A stretch of DNA of 64,000 nt from Pirellulales bacterium (GTDB lineage: Bacteria > Planctomycetota > Planctomycetia > Pirellulales > PALSA-1355), in the NCBI GenBank assembly GCA_963733035.1, contig CAVTBU010000008.1, positions 32,001 through 96,000 of the forward strand, given 5' to 3'. The first letter of the stretch is position 1; each line of letters begins with the position of its first letter. The translations under genes and the position numbers were made by a program. The notes beneath the pieces were generated by a model. That model was not told the origin of the DNA, ran no database searches, and was given only the letters and a program-made list of their open reading frames with translations. Shown in pieces: positions 1 to 10,458 of this stretch.

Positions 1-1
1 T

Positions 2-289
2 GCGCTCAAGGCGTGCAAGGGACATACCGAGGCACTTTTGATGGGAGCGGCAGCGCAAAAGTACGGCATGTTTCTGTGCGTGCAGGATCTCACTTGTCCG
101 GGGCGCTCATTCTTGCATTCGGCCAGCCTCTCGGCACGGCTGCCCACGGTGGCTGCCATCGAAGGCAATGCACGACAGTACTGCCCGGCCGGAAATCGCG
201 GCTGGTCCGATCGCTTCCCCGCGATGTTTCAGGTCACTGACGGCACGCTGGGCACGGCGGTACTCGACGGCGTCGGCCTGGGCTTCTGA
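2..289 (+). CDS. C-terminal part of an enolase-superfamily (mandelate racemase/muconate lactonizing-like) protein, truncated by the window edge
   Basis: Frame open from base 2: ALKACKG...[12 protein letters not shown]...[12 protein letters not shown]...LDGVGLGF; the GxGLG ending is typical of this superfamily. Confidence 0.55.
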   Translation, partial: ALKACKGHTEALLMGAAAQKYGMFLCVQDLTCPGRSFLHSASLSARLPTVAAIEGNARQYCPAGNRGWSDRFPAMFQVTDGTLGTAVLDGVGLGF

Positions 290-427
290 TGCGAACCTGT
301 CGGCGGTAGCCAGGGCAATGAATGAGGTACCATTGTCGCAAGCCCGCGTCAGCTTCCTGTTGAAATGCAGCGAGTGACGATCATCGAGCCGACACTCACC
401 GGTGTAGTTAGCTTGGCCGTCGATGGC

Positions 428-1186
428 TCACGGTAGCATCACCCGCCCGCCGCAGGCCACCAGCGTTTGCCCGACCATAAACCGCGACGCTTCGCTCAAG
501 AGGAAATGCACGACGTCTGCGATTTCCTCCGGTTGACCGATGCGCTTCATCGGGGTCTGGTCGACGATTCGGTCGAGAACTTCCCGATCGACGTCGTCGA
601 TGATTTCGGTTTCGATCAGGCCGGGGGCGACGGCGTTCATGCGGATGTTGTGGCGGATCAGCGCTTCGGAGGCGCTTTTGGTAAAGCCGATCACGCCGGC
701 CTTGCTGGCCGAGTAGGCGATGCCATAGGGCCGGCTGCGGAGACCCGAAATCGACGACATGTTGACGATCCGCCCGAAATTGCGGTCGATCATCTGACCC
801 TTGACCGCCCAGGTGACGATGTACAAGCCGGTCAGATTGACGTCGATCGTCCGCCGCCAATGATCGAGCGAGGCCTCGTCGTGCGTGACGTACTCAAAGA
901 TGCCGGCGTTGTTGACCAGCATGTCGATGGGCCCCAACTGGTCGTTGATTCGGGCGACCATCGCCGCAACCGATTTTTCATCGGCGACGTTGGCCTGCAC
1001 GGTCATCGCCTGGCCGCCCGCATCTTTGACCAACCGGGCCGTTTCCAGGGCATCGGATTCCTTCGAGTGGAAGTTCACTGCCACGCGAGCGCCGGCCTGG
1101 CCCAGCCGCACGCAGCAGGCGCGGCCGATTCCGCGCGAGCCGCCAGTCACGAGAATCGTGCGATCTTGAAAGTCGGGTTCGGGCAT
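428..1186 (-). CDS. SDR family oxidoreductase (3-oxoacyl-ACP reductase-like)
   Basis: TGGSRGIG, NNAG, YSASK and NAVAPG motifs. Confidence 0.9.
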   Translation of the reverse strand: MPEPDFQDRTILVTGGSRGIGRACCVRLGQAGARVAVNFHSKESDALETARLVKDAGGQAMTVQANVADEKSVAAMVARINDQLGPIDMLVNNAGIFEYVTHDEASLDHWRRTIDVNLTGLYIVTWAVKGQMIDRNFGRIVNMSSISGLRSRPYGIAYSASKAGVIGFTKSASEALIRHNIRMNAVAPGLIETEIIDDVDREVLDRIVDQTPMKRIGQPEEIADVVHFLLSEASRFMVGQTLVACGGRVMLP

Positions 1187-1292
1187 GAGTTCCTCGCTGA
1201 GCGCGTTTGATTACCTATTCGAACCGGGTACGAGACTGCCATGGCGCTTGTCGCGCCGCTCAAATCGACCGTTGCGATCCAACAGGCGCCGT

Positions 1293-4094
1293 TCAACCAG
1301 TGTTCTTGAGGCCGGCGGCGATGCCGTTGATCGTAATAAACAGCGTGTGTAACGTCGCGGCCGCGGCTTCTTCGTCGGCGTCACAGTCGCGCAGCTCGCG
1401 AAGCAACCGTACCTGAATGAAGTTTAACGGATCGACGTACGGGTTGCGAAGTCGGATCGAGCGTTGCAGGGTGGGTTCGTTATCGAGAATGGTCTTCTGG
1501 CCGGAGACACGCGTCACCCAGTGCACGGTCTGTTCGAACGCGGACTTGATGGCACAGTAAACCCGCTCGCGAATGACGTCGTCCTTGACCAGATCGGCGT
1601 AAAGCCGTGCGATTCCCATATCCGACTTGCCGAGCGCGAGTTGTACGTTGTCGATCATCGTGCCAAAGAACGGCCAGTGCCGATACATGTCCCGCAGCAT
1701 CGCCAGACGCTCGTCCCGCTGATCGCCAGCCCCAACAAACGACTCCAGGGCCTGTCCCACACCAAACCAGGCCGGCAGGTTGTGCCGGCTTTGCATCCAG
1801 CTAAAGCCCCAGGGAATAGCCCGCAAGCCGGCAAACACGTCGCCTCCCTTGCGCCGCGCGGGTCGCGAGCCAATGCGCATGCCGCTCAGCTCATTGATTG
1901 GTGTTGCCTCCTGCCAATATTCGAGCACGTCGGGCGTTTCATAAATGAACGTGCGGTACGCCTGGAACGCGATGGCTGCCAGCTCGTCCATGGCGGCCGT
2001 CCAAGCCGGCTTGGGAGTGGCGTGCCGCTTGTGCGCCGGCGAGGACGCGACCAGCACGGCACTGACAAGTTGTTCGAGATGGCGCTCGGCAATTTCGGGA
2101 TGAAAGTAAAAGTCGTTGATTACTTCGCCCTGTTCGGTGATGCGGATCCTGCCTTCGACCGAACCAGGCGGCTGGGCCAGGATGGCGCGGTTCGTCGGCC
2201 CGCCGCCACGTGCGATCGTGCCGCCGCGTCCATGGAAAAGCGTCAATCCAACGTTGTGCTTGCGACAGCATTCCGCCAGACGGTCCTGGGCCTGGTATAG
2301 TTCCCAAGTGGCCGTGAGGTAGCCCGCATCCTTGTTGCTGTCGGAGTAGCCGATCATCACAATCTGCTCGCTCGCTTGTGCCGCTAGATGGGCGCGATAA
2401 CTAGGATGAGCGAACAGCGTCTCCATGATTTGAGGCGCATTCAGCAGGTCCTGCCGCGTCTCGAAAAGCGGCGCGATTGCCGGCAGCGAAAGTCCGCTGC
2501 CGTTGCCGCGCAGGCACAATCCGTGCCACTTGGCCAGCAGGAGCACGGCCAGCACGTCGTCGACCCCCTTGGTCATGCTGATGATGTACGGACCAATCAA
2601 CTCCGGACCATACAATTCGACCGCCCGACCGATGACAAGAAACAGCCGCAACGTTTCCGCCGTCGGCTCGGAGTATTCCTTCGGCTGGCCCAAGGCCGGC
2701 GTTCCGGCGGCCAGTTGCGCGGTGAGCAGTTCGGCCCGTTGATCGGAGGACAGGTCCAGATAGTTCGGCGAGATCATCAATCTTTTGAAGATCTCGGCCA
2801 AAGCCTGATCGTGAGCGTCGCTAAGCTGACGGAAGTCGAGCCGGGCCACGTTGACGCCAAATACTCGGGCCTGGATCAGGGCATCCTTCAGATCGGCGTC
2901 GGCGATCAGATCCGTCTCTCCGTTTCGCAAACTCTGATCGATGCGCTCGAGCGGTTTGATCAGGTCGGCCGCCGAACGGATAGGTGCCATCGGAGAATTG
3001 TCGTTTTCAAGCAACCGCGACTTCACCGGATCGCGATTGGTATCATCGAGATCCGCCTTCAGGGCCGCCGCCAGCAGCCGGTAGGGCTCTTGCGGATACT
3101 GTTGAGCCAGGAACTGTACGTGGCGTGAAAAGTCGGCGGCCTCTTCCTGCAACAAGGCCAACATTTCTGGGCTGGGCTTGTGCAACAGCTCGGAGAGGCT
3201 CAGCGAACGATTCAACGACCGGGCCGTTTCGGCGTGCTTCGACAGGGCCAGTCCTCGGTGCAGGCGGAATGTTTCGGCTGTGACGAAGGCAGTCACGTGC
3301 GGATTGCCGTCGCGGTCGCCACCGATCCAACTTCCAAACGTCAAAAATCGATCGGGCAACTCCACGGTCGGGTAGAACTCGGCCAGTGCTGCTTCCATGG
3401 CACGATAAACCCGCGGCACAACGTCCCAGAGCGTCGTTTCAAAATAGTGCAGGCCGGTCTTCACCTCGTCGGTCACAAGAGGTTTTGCCACGCGGCTTTG
3501 AGCCGTGAGCCAGAGGATCGTAATTTCGGCTAGGAGCTCTTGGCGAACCCGGGCGTCTTCCGACGGGAGCAAATTGCCGTTGTCGATTTGATACAAACAT
3601 TGTCCGATGTGCCGCAGCTTGGAGATCAGCGTGCGGCGTTTGGCTTCGGTGGGATGCGCGGTGAAGACCGGTTCGATTTGTAGCCGGTTGACGATCCGCT
3701 GCATTTCGAACTCGTCGACACCGGACCGCCACATTTCTCCGACTGCCGCTTTGATGGATTCGTCAATCGATCGCGGCGATTCAGCCCGAATCCGACCCCT
3801 GAGAACCCTTGCCCGATGCTGGTCCTCGGCCACGTTGATGAGTTGGAAGTAAACCGTAAAGGCCCGGGACACGTCTTGGAGTTCCTGCATACCGAGGCCG
3901 TCGACCAGGTCGCTAATCTTGGCGGTCACCTCGGCGGCCGAGTCCTTGTCACCACGACGCACCTTCGAAAGGGCACGGAAGCGCTCCTCAAGATCGTAGA
4001 CGTCGACACCTGCTTGTCGGCGAATGACTCTTCCGAGAAGATCGCCCAGCAGGTGAATATCGGCCGAAAGAGCCTTTTGAGAGGGTTTGTGCAT
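1293..4094 (-). CDS. ppc: Phosphoenolpyruvate carboxylase
   Basis: VFTAHPTE, SWIGGDRDGNP, MIGYSDSNKDAG, FHGRGG, LRAIPW and C-terminal GLKNTG motifs. Confidence 0.97.
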   Translation of the reverse strand: MHKPSQKALSADIHLLGDLLGRVIRRQAGVDVYDLEERFRALSKVRRGDKDSAAEVTAKISDLVDGLGMQELQDVSRAFTVYFQLINVAEDQHRARVLRGRIRAESPRSIDESIKAAVGEMWRSGVDEFEMQRIVNRLQIEPVFTAHPTEAKRRTLISKLRHIGQCLYQIDNGNLLPSEDARVRQELLAEITILWLTAQSRVAKPLVTDEVKTGLHYFETTLWDVVPRVYRAMEAALAEFYPTVELPDRFLTFGSWIGGDRDGNPHVTAFVTAETFRLHRGLALSKHAETARSLNRSLSLSELLHKPSPEMLALLQEEAADFSRHVQFLAQQYPQEPYRLLAAALKADLDDTNRDPVKSRLLENDNSPMAPIRSAADLIKPLERIDQSLRNGETDLIADADLKDALIQARVFGVNVARLDFRQLSDAHDQALAEIFKRLMISPNYLDLSSDQRAELLTAQLAAGTPALGQPKEYSEPTAETLRLFLVIGRAVELYGPELIGPYIISMTKGVDDVLAVLLLAKWHGLCLRGNGSGLSLPAIAPLFETRQDLLNAPQIMETLFAHPSYRAHLAAQASEQIVMIGYSDSNKDAGYLTATWELYQAQDRLAECCRKHNVGLTLFHGRGGTIARGGGPTNRAILAQPPGSVEGRIRITEQGEVINDFYFHPEIAERHLEQLVSAVLVASSPAHKRHATPKPAWTAAMDELAAIAFQAYRTFIYETPDVLEYWQEATPINELSGMRIGSRPARRKGGDVFAGLRAIPWGFSWMQSRHNLPAWFGVGQALESFVGAGDQRDERLAMLRDMYRHWPFFGTMIDNVQLALGKSDMGIARLYADLVKDDVIRERVYCAIKSAFEQTVHWVTRVSGQKTILDNEPTLQRSIRLRNPYVDPLNFIQVRLLRELRDCDADEEAAAATLHTLFITINGIAAGLKNTG

Positions 4095-4347
4095 GCGAAG
4101 GCTGAGTTCAGGGGGATACGGGAAAGTTCGCGCAGCGCACCGCCGGCCCGCCTGCCTATGAGTTTACCGTGTGGCCCGCTTCCACAGAATGGGGCGTTGC
4201 CGTCTATCAGCACCGGCCCGTGGCTCTACTCTCTTGGCGTTTCAAACCAGGCACGGAATCTCCGCACCCAACTCGATACAATAACTCGCAAAGCACCTGC
4301 TAACTTGTCGGATTCGTACACTCGCGCCTGGCGCCGGAGTTCTGACG

Positions 4348-5394
4348 ATGAACTTGGACCACTTTCCTCGAGTACCGCTCTGTCACAGGCCGACTCCACT
4401 CGAACCGTTGCACAGGCTGACGGCACATTTGGGTGGGCCAAGGCTATTTGTGAAGCGTGATGATTGCACCGGATTGGCCATCGGCGGCAACAAGACCCGT
4501 AAACTCGAATTCCTGATGGCCGACGCAATCCAGCATGGAGCGACCACGGTGGTAACCGTCGGCGGAGTACAGTCGAATCATTGCCGGCAAACAGCGGCTG
4601 CCGCCGCGAAGCTGGGACTGAAGTGCGAACTGGTGTTGCCGCATTTGTCCCACTTCGGCAGCTCGACGTACGACGTTGGTGGAAACGTCCTGCTCGATCG
4701 GCTCTTGGGCGCGACACTTCACATTGTCGACTCGATGGACTCGGCACCCGCCCGAGTCCAACAAGTGCTCGAAACAATTCGTCAACGAGGCGAAACGCCG
4801 TACTTCATTCCGGCCGGAGGCTCAACGCCACTGGGCGCGCTCGGCTATGTCGACGCCGCGCTGGAACTAGCGGCGCAAGCCAAAGAGCTGAATCTGCGCA
4901 TCGATCACATTCTGGTCACCACTGGAAGTACCTCAACCCATGCTGGGCTGGTGGTGGGATTTGCCGCAATCGAACAATCCGGCGAGTTCGATTGCCGGCC
5001 ACGCGTGACAGGAATCTCGGTCTACCAACGCCGCGAAGGTGCCGAGACGACGGTGCGCGGGCGGGCTCGCGAGACTGCAGAGCTGGTCGGTTTGGATTGT
5101 CCAGATCTCGAGGATCGCATTGTGGTTACCGATGATTATCTGGGCGGCGGCTACGGCGAACCAACCAATGGCATGCTTGAAGCAGTGGGCCTTGCCGCGC
5201 GACTCGAAGGCTTGCTCATCGACCCCGTCTACACAGGCAAGACAATGGCGGGACTGATCGATCTGGTGCGCCAAGGACACTTTCAAGAATCCGACAATAT
5301 CGTGTTTTGGCACACCGGCGGCACGCCCGCGCTGTTCGCCTACCGCGAGGCTTTTACACCCACCGTTGACGATGCCGCGGAGCATGACGCATGA
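4348..5394 (+). CDS. D-cysteine desulfhydrase / ACC deaminase family PLP enzyme
   Basis: KRDD...GGNKTRKLE, QSNHCR, DPVYTGK and HTGG motifs. Confidence 0.9.
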   Translation: MNLDHFPRVPLCHRPTPLEPLHRLTAHLGGPRLFVKRDDCTGLAIGGNKTRKLEFLMADAIQHGATTVVTVGGVQSNHCRQTAAAAAKLGLKCELVLPHLSHFGSSTYDVGGNVLLDRLLGATLHIVDSMDSAPARVQQVLETIRQRGETPYFIPAGGSTPLGALGYVDAALELAAQAKELNLRIDHILVTTGSTSTHAGLVVGFAAIEQSGEFDCRPRVTGISVYQRREGAETTVRGRARETAELVGLDCPDLEDRIVVTDDYLGGGYGEPTNGMLEAVGLAARLEGLLIDPVYTGKTMAGLIDLVRQGHFQESDNIVFWHTGGTPALFAYREAFTPTVDDAAEHDA

Positions 5395-6569
5395 GTGAAA
5401 CCTGGAGCAATTGGTCCGGCTCGGTTACTTGCAGGCCCCGGCGCATCGTCCAGCCCGGCAGCGAGGAGGAAATTGCCTCGCTCGTCAACCAGGCGTCGTC
5501 GCGCGGTCAAACCGTGCGGGTTTTTGGCAGCGGCCATTCGTTTGTGCCGTTGTGCGCCAGCAACGGCCTGCTGCTTTCGCTCGACAATCTGAGCGGAATT
5601 GAAAGCGTGGACGCCGAGCAACGCGAAGCCACGATTCGCGCCGGTACGAAACTGTGCGACTTGGGCGCGCCGCTGGCCCAACATGGCCTGGCGCTTGAGA
5701 ATCAAGGCGACATCGACAAGCAATCGCTGGCCGGTGCCATTTCCACCGGAACGCACGGTACGGGTCGCGCGCTGGGAAGTATCTCCACGCAAGCGGTCGG
5801 CATGCGATTGATTACCGCCGCGGGCGAGCGGCTGGAGTGCTCACATGACATCGAAGCGAACGTACTTCAATCGCTCGGTGTCTCGCTGGGAGCTTGCGGC
5901 GTCGTGACAGCCATCACGCTGCGGCTGGTACTCGCCTATCGCCTGCACGAACGAACGTGGCGCGAACCGATCGAAGAGTGCTTGTCGCGGCTGGATGAGC
6001 GGATCGCGGCCACGCGGCATTTCGAATTCTTTTGGTACCCCACGACCGATTTGGCATTTTGCAAGGCGCTTCAGCCAACCGATGCGCCGCCCGATCCGAT
6101 GCCCGAACGGGAAGAAGAGCGTATCGACCATAGCTTTCGCATCTTTCCGACGGAGCGCAACGTACGTTTCAACGAAATGGAATATGCCGTGCCGTATGAA
6201 CAAGGGCCGGCCTGTTTCCGCGCGATTCGCACCCTCATGCAGCAGCATCACCCACACGTGACCTGGCCGGTGGAGTATCGGACAGTCGCCGCCGACACGA
6301 TCGATTTAAGCCCGAATCACGCTCGGCCCACTGTGGCGATTTCCATTCACCAGGCGATCGAACTCGAACATCGCGCATTTTTTGGCGACGCCGAGCCGAT
6401 CTTTCGCGCCCACCAAGGGCGTCCCCACTGGGGAAAGATGCACAGCCTTACAGCCGCCGACTTGGCACCACTATATCCCCGCTGGGACGCGTTCCGTGCG
6501 GTGCGTGCAGCGCTCGATCCCCAGGGCATCTTCCTCAACGAGCACCTGCGGCGGCTATTCGTCGATTAG
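5391..6569 (+). CDS. FAD-linked oxidase, D-arabinono-1,4-lactone oxidase family
   Basis: GSGHSF, GAISTGTHG, EMEY and GRPHWGK motifs; 4-bp overlap with the upstream gene. Confidence 0.88.
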   Translation: MSETWSNWSGSVTCRPRRIVQPGSEEEIASLVNQASSRGQTVRVFGSGHSFVPLCASNGLLLSLDNLSGIESVDAEQREATIRAGTKLCDLGAPLAQHGLALENQGDIDKQSLAGAISTGTHGTGRALGSISTQAVGMRLITAAGERLECSHDIEANVLQSLGVSLGACGVVTAITLRLVLAYRLHERTWREPIEECLSRLDERIAATRHFEFFWYPTTDLAFCKALQPTDAPPDPMPEREEERIDHSFRIFPTERNVRFNEMEYAVPYEQGPACFRAIRTLMQQHHPHVTWPVEYRTVAADTIDLSPNHARPTVAISIHQAIELEHRAFFGDAEPIFRAHQGRPHWGKMHSLTAADLAPLYPRWDAFRAVRAALDPQGIFLNEHLRRLFVD

Positions 6570-6754
6570 CTGCTCAACGCTAGCACGAGGCGCCCGCCGG
6601 TACAGCACCGCTAGCATTCCATTCGGCAAGAATGCTTGTATGGTTCCGCGCCTCGCGGTCGATGTCGAAAAGAGCCCCGTCCGCAAGTCTACACGTGCTC
6701 TCATCCCACGGCTGGGGCATCTTCACTTGGACCGCCCGCTCAGCTACCGGCCCT

Positions 6755-7688
6755 ATGGACCGTTTCGTCCCCCTATTCATTGCGGAAGCGGTCGTTACCC
6801 GCCGTCGGTGGTGGTTGTCAATTTGCCTCTGGGCCGTTTTGAACCTCAATACCAGTGTCATCCGCGCAGGTACTGAGCCCAATACCGGACCCTGACGTCG
6901 TCGCCCAGCTTGGCCCCCTGCGCCGCTGGTTGGCGACTCACCCGGAGCGGGACGAGACCGTGCCAACGGTCATCCAGACGGATCGCCCCAGTTTCACCGC
7001 CGCGCACACGCTCGTGCCCAAGGGTTGGGCGCAGCTTGAAAGTGGCTATCAGTTCACGCATAACCGCAGCGGAAGCCTGCTAACAAATGCGAACGGCGGT
7101 CCACAATTGAACCTCCGTTTGGGACTGACGGACTGGGTCGAATGGCGGACGCTGTGGTCGGGCGTCACGTCGACGGCGGAACATGACCTAAACAGCAGCA
7201 TACATCGATTTGAAACATCGTCGGCAAACCTGCAAACCGGCGTCAAGCTGCGGGCGACGAACGCCAATGGCTGGGTTCCGCAGTCGGCACTGATTGTGAC
7301 CGCGTTCCTGCCGACCGGATACGGCACGTCGGCCAGTCGTCGAGTGGCCCCGCAAGTCGACTACATTTACTCCTGGGCACTGACCGACGTCTGGAGTTTC
7401 ACGGGCAGCACCGGCACCGTGTTGGCGCGCGACGGCCAGCAGGGGGCCGACGAGTTTTTCCAGTCGTTGGTGCTGGGACAAGAGTGGTCGGATCAAATCA
7501 GCACCTACGGAGAGTGGTATATCATCGACAGCCAAAGCGCCGTCAGCAATTCCACGCCTCAAACGATGGACGCGGGCGTGCTCTGGCGGCCGCTGCCGAA
7601 CATTCAATTCGACTGGCGAGCCGGATTTGGTCTGAATCAGGCCGCCGACAACTTCTTCACCGGCGTCGGCTTTTCAGCCCGGTATTAG
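6755..7688 (+). CDS. Putative outer-membrane beta-barrel 'transporter' (phenol_MetA_deg-like); N-terminus probably separated by a 1-nt frameshift near 6854
   Basis: ORF 6855-7688 has IQTDRPSFT and a barrel-type C-terminus (FFTGVGFSARY); a signal-peptide-like RRRWWLSICLWAVL lies just upstream in another frame. Confidence 0.6.
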
Positions 7689-7853
7689 GTGTTCGGCGCC
7701 ATCTGCGCCAGATCCGGTGAGGCACTCCACGTCGCTAAATTCCCGCTGAATCACGTCGTCACCATATTTTTGGGATAATCTCCTGGTGGCGGCGTCTTAT
7801 TCGTGTCGGCCGACATGCAGCCGCCCTGGACGTAGACCGGAGCACCGACATCG

Positions 7854-8366
7854 ATGGGGCATGACGACCAGACGCCAGCCTGGCTGGCGGAACTGCTTGC
7901 CGAGCACGGGCGATCGCTTGTGCTGTACGCTCGGCAGTGGTGCGATTGCCCCGAGGATGTTGTGCAGGACGCGCTGGTGGAACTAGTTTCACGGCGAGAG
8001 CGGCCCGAGCGGGTGGCAGCCTGGCTATTTCGCGTGGTACGCAACGGCGCGATTAGCGCGGGCCGCAGCATACGCCGCCGCCGGCACCGCGAGCAACAGT
8101 CGGCGACGAGCGAAGCGTGGTTCGAAAATGCTGCCGCCGCGCTCGACGCGGAAGCCGCCTCGGCGGCGCTTGCGAGCTTGTCGGCGGAACTGCGCGAAGT
8201 CGTGGTGGCAAGAATTTGGGGCGAGCTGACATTTGTAGAAATCGGCGAACTGACCGGAACATCGAGCAGCACGTCACAACGCCGCTATGAAGCGGGCCTC
8301 CGCGTTCTGCAAGCCAAACTGGAGAAGCCATGCGCGACACAGGAACACCCCTCGAACCCGAACTGA
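7854..8366 (+). CDS. ECF sigma factor
   Basis: EDVVQDA, AWLFRVVRN and region-4 HTH (LTFVEIGELTG). Confidence 0.9.
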   Translation: MGHDDQTPAWLAELLAEHGRSLVLYARQWCDCPEDVVQDALVELVSRRERPERVAAWLFRVVRNGAISAGRSIRRRRHREQQSATSEAWFENAAAALDAEAASAALASLSAELREVVVARIWGELTFVEIGELTGTSSSTSQRRYEAGLRVLQAKLEKPCATQEHPSNPN

Positions 8367-8845
8367 CCCAACTCGAGGCTCAGCTCGCCGGTCTGGCACC
8401 GCGATCTGGTCTCAACCGCGACCGGTTGATGTTTGCGGCTGGACGCAAAGCCGCAGACCAGCGGCTGCGCAAGACGAATCGAGTTCTCACGATGGCGACC
8501 GTCGCATTCGCGGGCCTGGCATGCCTACCGCTACTCTCCGGTCGGTCGCCACGGCAGGACCTCACCTCGCCCACAAACCTGGCGAACAAGCCGATCGAGC
8601 AAGCGATTTTCGTGCAACCTCGCCCATCACCACGTACGCTTACCGTCGGCGATAGCGGAGCACTCTCGATTGCCCTGAGCCAAGGCACCCCTGCGGACAG
8701 GGCCAAGCAGCCGTGGGAGCACCGCGACGAACCGCCCATCGAGCCGTTTGCGGACGGTTCGGCATTGGGCGTCGATTTCAGTCTACCGCCAACGTCACGC
8801 GCGCTGATGCGGCGTTACCTGGAATCGACGAGCGAACGACTCTAA
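8330..8845 (+). CDS. Putative anti-sigma factor, single transmembrane segment
   Basis: Overlaps the ECF gene; LEAQLAGLAP...RDRLMFAAG N-terminus then a hydrophobic segment. Confidence 0.6.
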   Translation: MRDTGTPLEPELTQLEAQLAGLAPRSGLNRDRLMFAAGRKAADQRLRKTNRVLTMATVAFAGLACLPLLSGRSPRQDLTSPTNLANKPIEQAIFVQPRPSPRTLTVGDSGALSIALSQGTPADRAKQPWEHRDEPPIEPFADGSALGVDFSLPPTSRALMRRYLESTSERL

Positions 8846-8899
8846 TACTTTACGATCGTGGTTCTAACCGAATTCGGTCTTTGAGGACGGGTCCCAAAC

Positions 8900-10345
8900 A
8901 TGTGCACTTTCCACCGATTTCTATCGACAAGCATTTGCCTGGCCACGTTGGTCGGATCCTTTGCAATCCGCCCAGCGGTCTTCGGAGAAGAACCAGCGCC
9001 GGAAACCTACGAATTGACAGTCAGTCCGGCCGCCGAACCGGTTCCAGCACTCAAGTATCACCTATTGCCGCCGCTGGAGGATCAAGTACCCGGCAACGCG
9101 GTGCCCATTTATCTGCGAATCATTTTTGAGCATGCATCCGGGGAATGGCATCGCCTTTTGCGAGACAAACCTGGGCAGCTACTGGAAATCCCTATCGACG
9201 ACTTGCCGCTGGACGAAGCGTCCAAGGTACTCTCGACATTTGAGGGCGAACTGCGCCAAATGACGGCAGCAGGGAAGCGATCCTACGCCAATTGGGAATA
9301 CGTGCAGGAGGAAGATCCGCTAACCACGCTGCTTCCCGACGCTCAATCGATGCGCAGCTACGCTCGGTTGATCGCATTGCGGGCACGGTACGAAGTTCGC
9401 CAAGGCAATCCGCTAGAGGCCGTGGCCAGCCTGCGCGACGGACTTGCACTCGCGCGGCATGTATCAGACGCTTCGTTCCTGGTAAACCAATTCGTTGGCG
9501 TTGCCGTTGCTAAGATTGTACTCGCAGAAGTCGACCAGGTCGTCTGCCTCGAAAATGCACCGAATCTCTACTGGGCGCTAGCCGAACTACCGAAGCCGTT
9601 AATCCCCTTCAGCAACGGCTTGGCTACCGAAAGCCAAATCATTCAATTGCGGTTTCCCGAGCTGGTTGTGCCCAAGGCTTCAATCAACTGGGGGGAGCTA
9701 TCTGAGCGGATGCGGCGTTGGGCAGTCCAGGTGGTAACGTGGGAAGAGACAGACAATGCTGCCGCTCTAACCGCACAGATATTAAAGACGCCCTCGTCAG
9801 AACAACTCGATACCGCTCGCGATGAGCTTTCTCGAATGACGGATTATTCGCCAGAAGAGGTAGCTGCCATGAGCGACTCCGAGATTGAGGTTCGATATAC
9901 GCTAGCGTTGCATGGCGTTATCTACGATGCCTGGCGCAAATGGTATTCGGTGCCTTATTTCCAGGCCCTACCCAAAATAGAACATGTCACCGAACAATTA
10001 CAGGCCGACGCTCGTCGTCGCGAAATCTACCCGCTCGTCTCGATACTCGCGCCGCTCCGCACTAATCTGAGCAACTTGTTGTCAGGTCCGTTGCAGAATA
10101 CGCGGCAAATAGCCCGCCAGCAGGTGATTGAGGCCCTTCGCATGCATGCCGCGCAGGCTGGCAAGCTTCCGACTACGCTCGACGAAGTGACGGTCGTGCC
10201 CGTGCCGCTCGATCCGGCGACCGGCGGACCCTTTGCTTATAAGCTCGAAGATGGCGTAGCCACGCTCGACGTCACCGATTTGGCAGGTATGCAGCGAGAC
10301 ATCTTGCGAGTTCCTGTTAAGGTTCGGCTACGGCAAGGCGAGTAG
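8900..10345 (+). CDS. Secreted hypothetical protein (Planctomycete-type)
   Basis: 481-aa ORF with signal peptide; LKYHLLP and PVPLDPATGGPFAY segments. Confidence 0.75.
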   Translation: MCTFHRFLSTSICLATLVGSFAIRPAVFGEEPAPETYELTVSPAAEPVPALKYHLLPPLEDQVPGNAVPIYLRIIFEHASGEWHRLLRDKPGQLLEIPIDDLPLDEASKVLSTFEGELRQMTAAGKRSYANWEYVQEEDPLTTLLPDAQSMRSYARLIALRARYEVRQGNPLEAVASLRDGLALARHVSDASFLVNQFVGVAVAKIVLAEVDQVVCLENAPNLYWALAELPKPLIPFSNGLATESQIIQLRFPELVVPKASINWGELSERMRRWAVQVVTWEETDNAAALTAQILKTPSSEQLDTARDELSRMTDYSPEEVAAMSDSEIEVRYTLALHGVIYDAWRKWYSVPYFQALPKIEHVTEQLQADARRREIYPLVSILAPLRTNLSNLLSGPLQNTRQIARQQVIEALRMHAAQAGKLPTTLDEVTVVPVPLDPATGGPFAYKLEDGVATLDVTDLAGMQRDILRVPVKVRLRQGE

Positions 10346-10458
10346 TGCTGGGCAGGCTCTTGGCGATCGACTAGACTTGAAGCCACCGTCGGCCGGCGAG
10401 GAAGTATTCTTGCCCACCGGCTCGCCGACCGATCTTTCGCTCTCCAGGATTTTCCGCC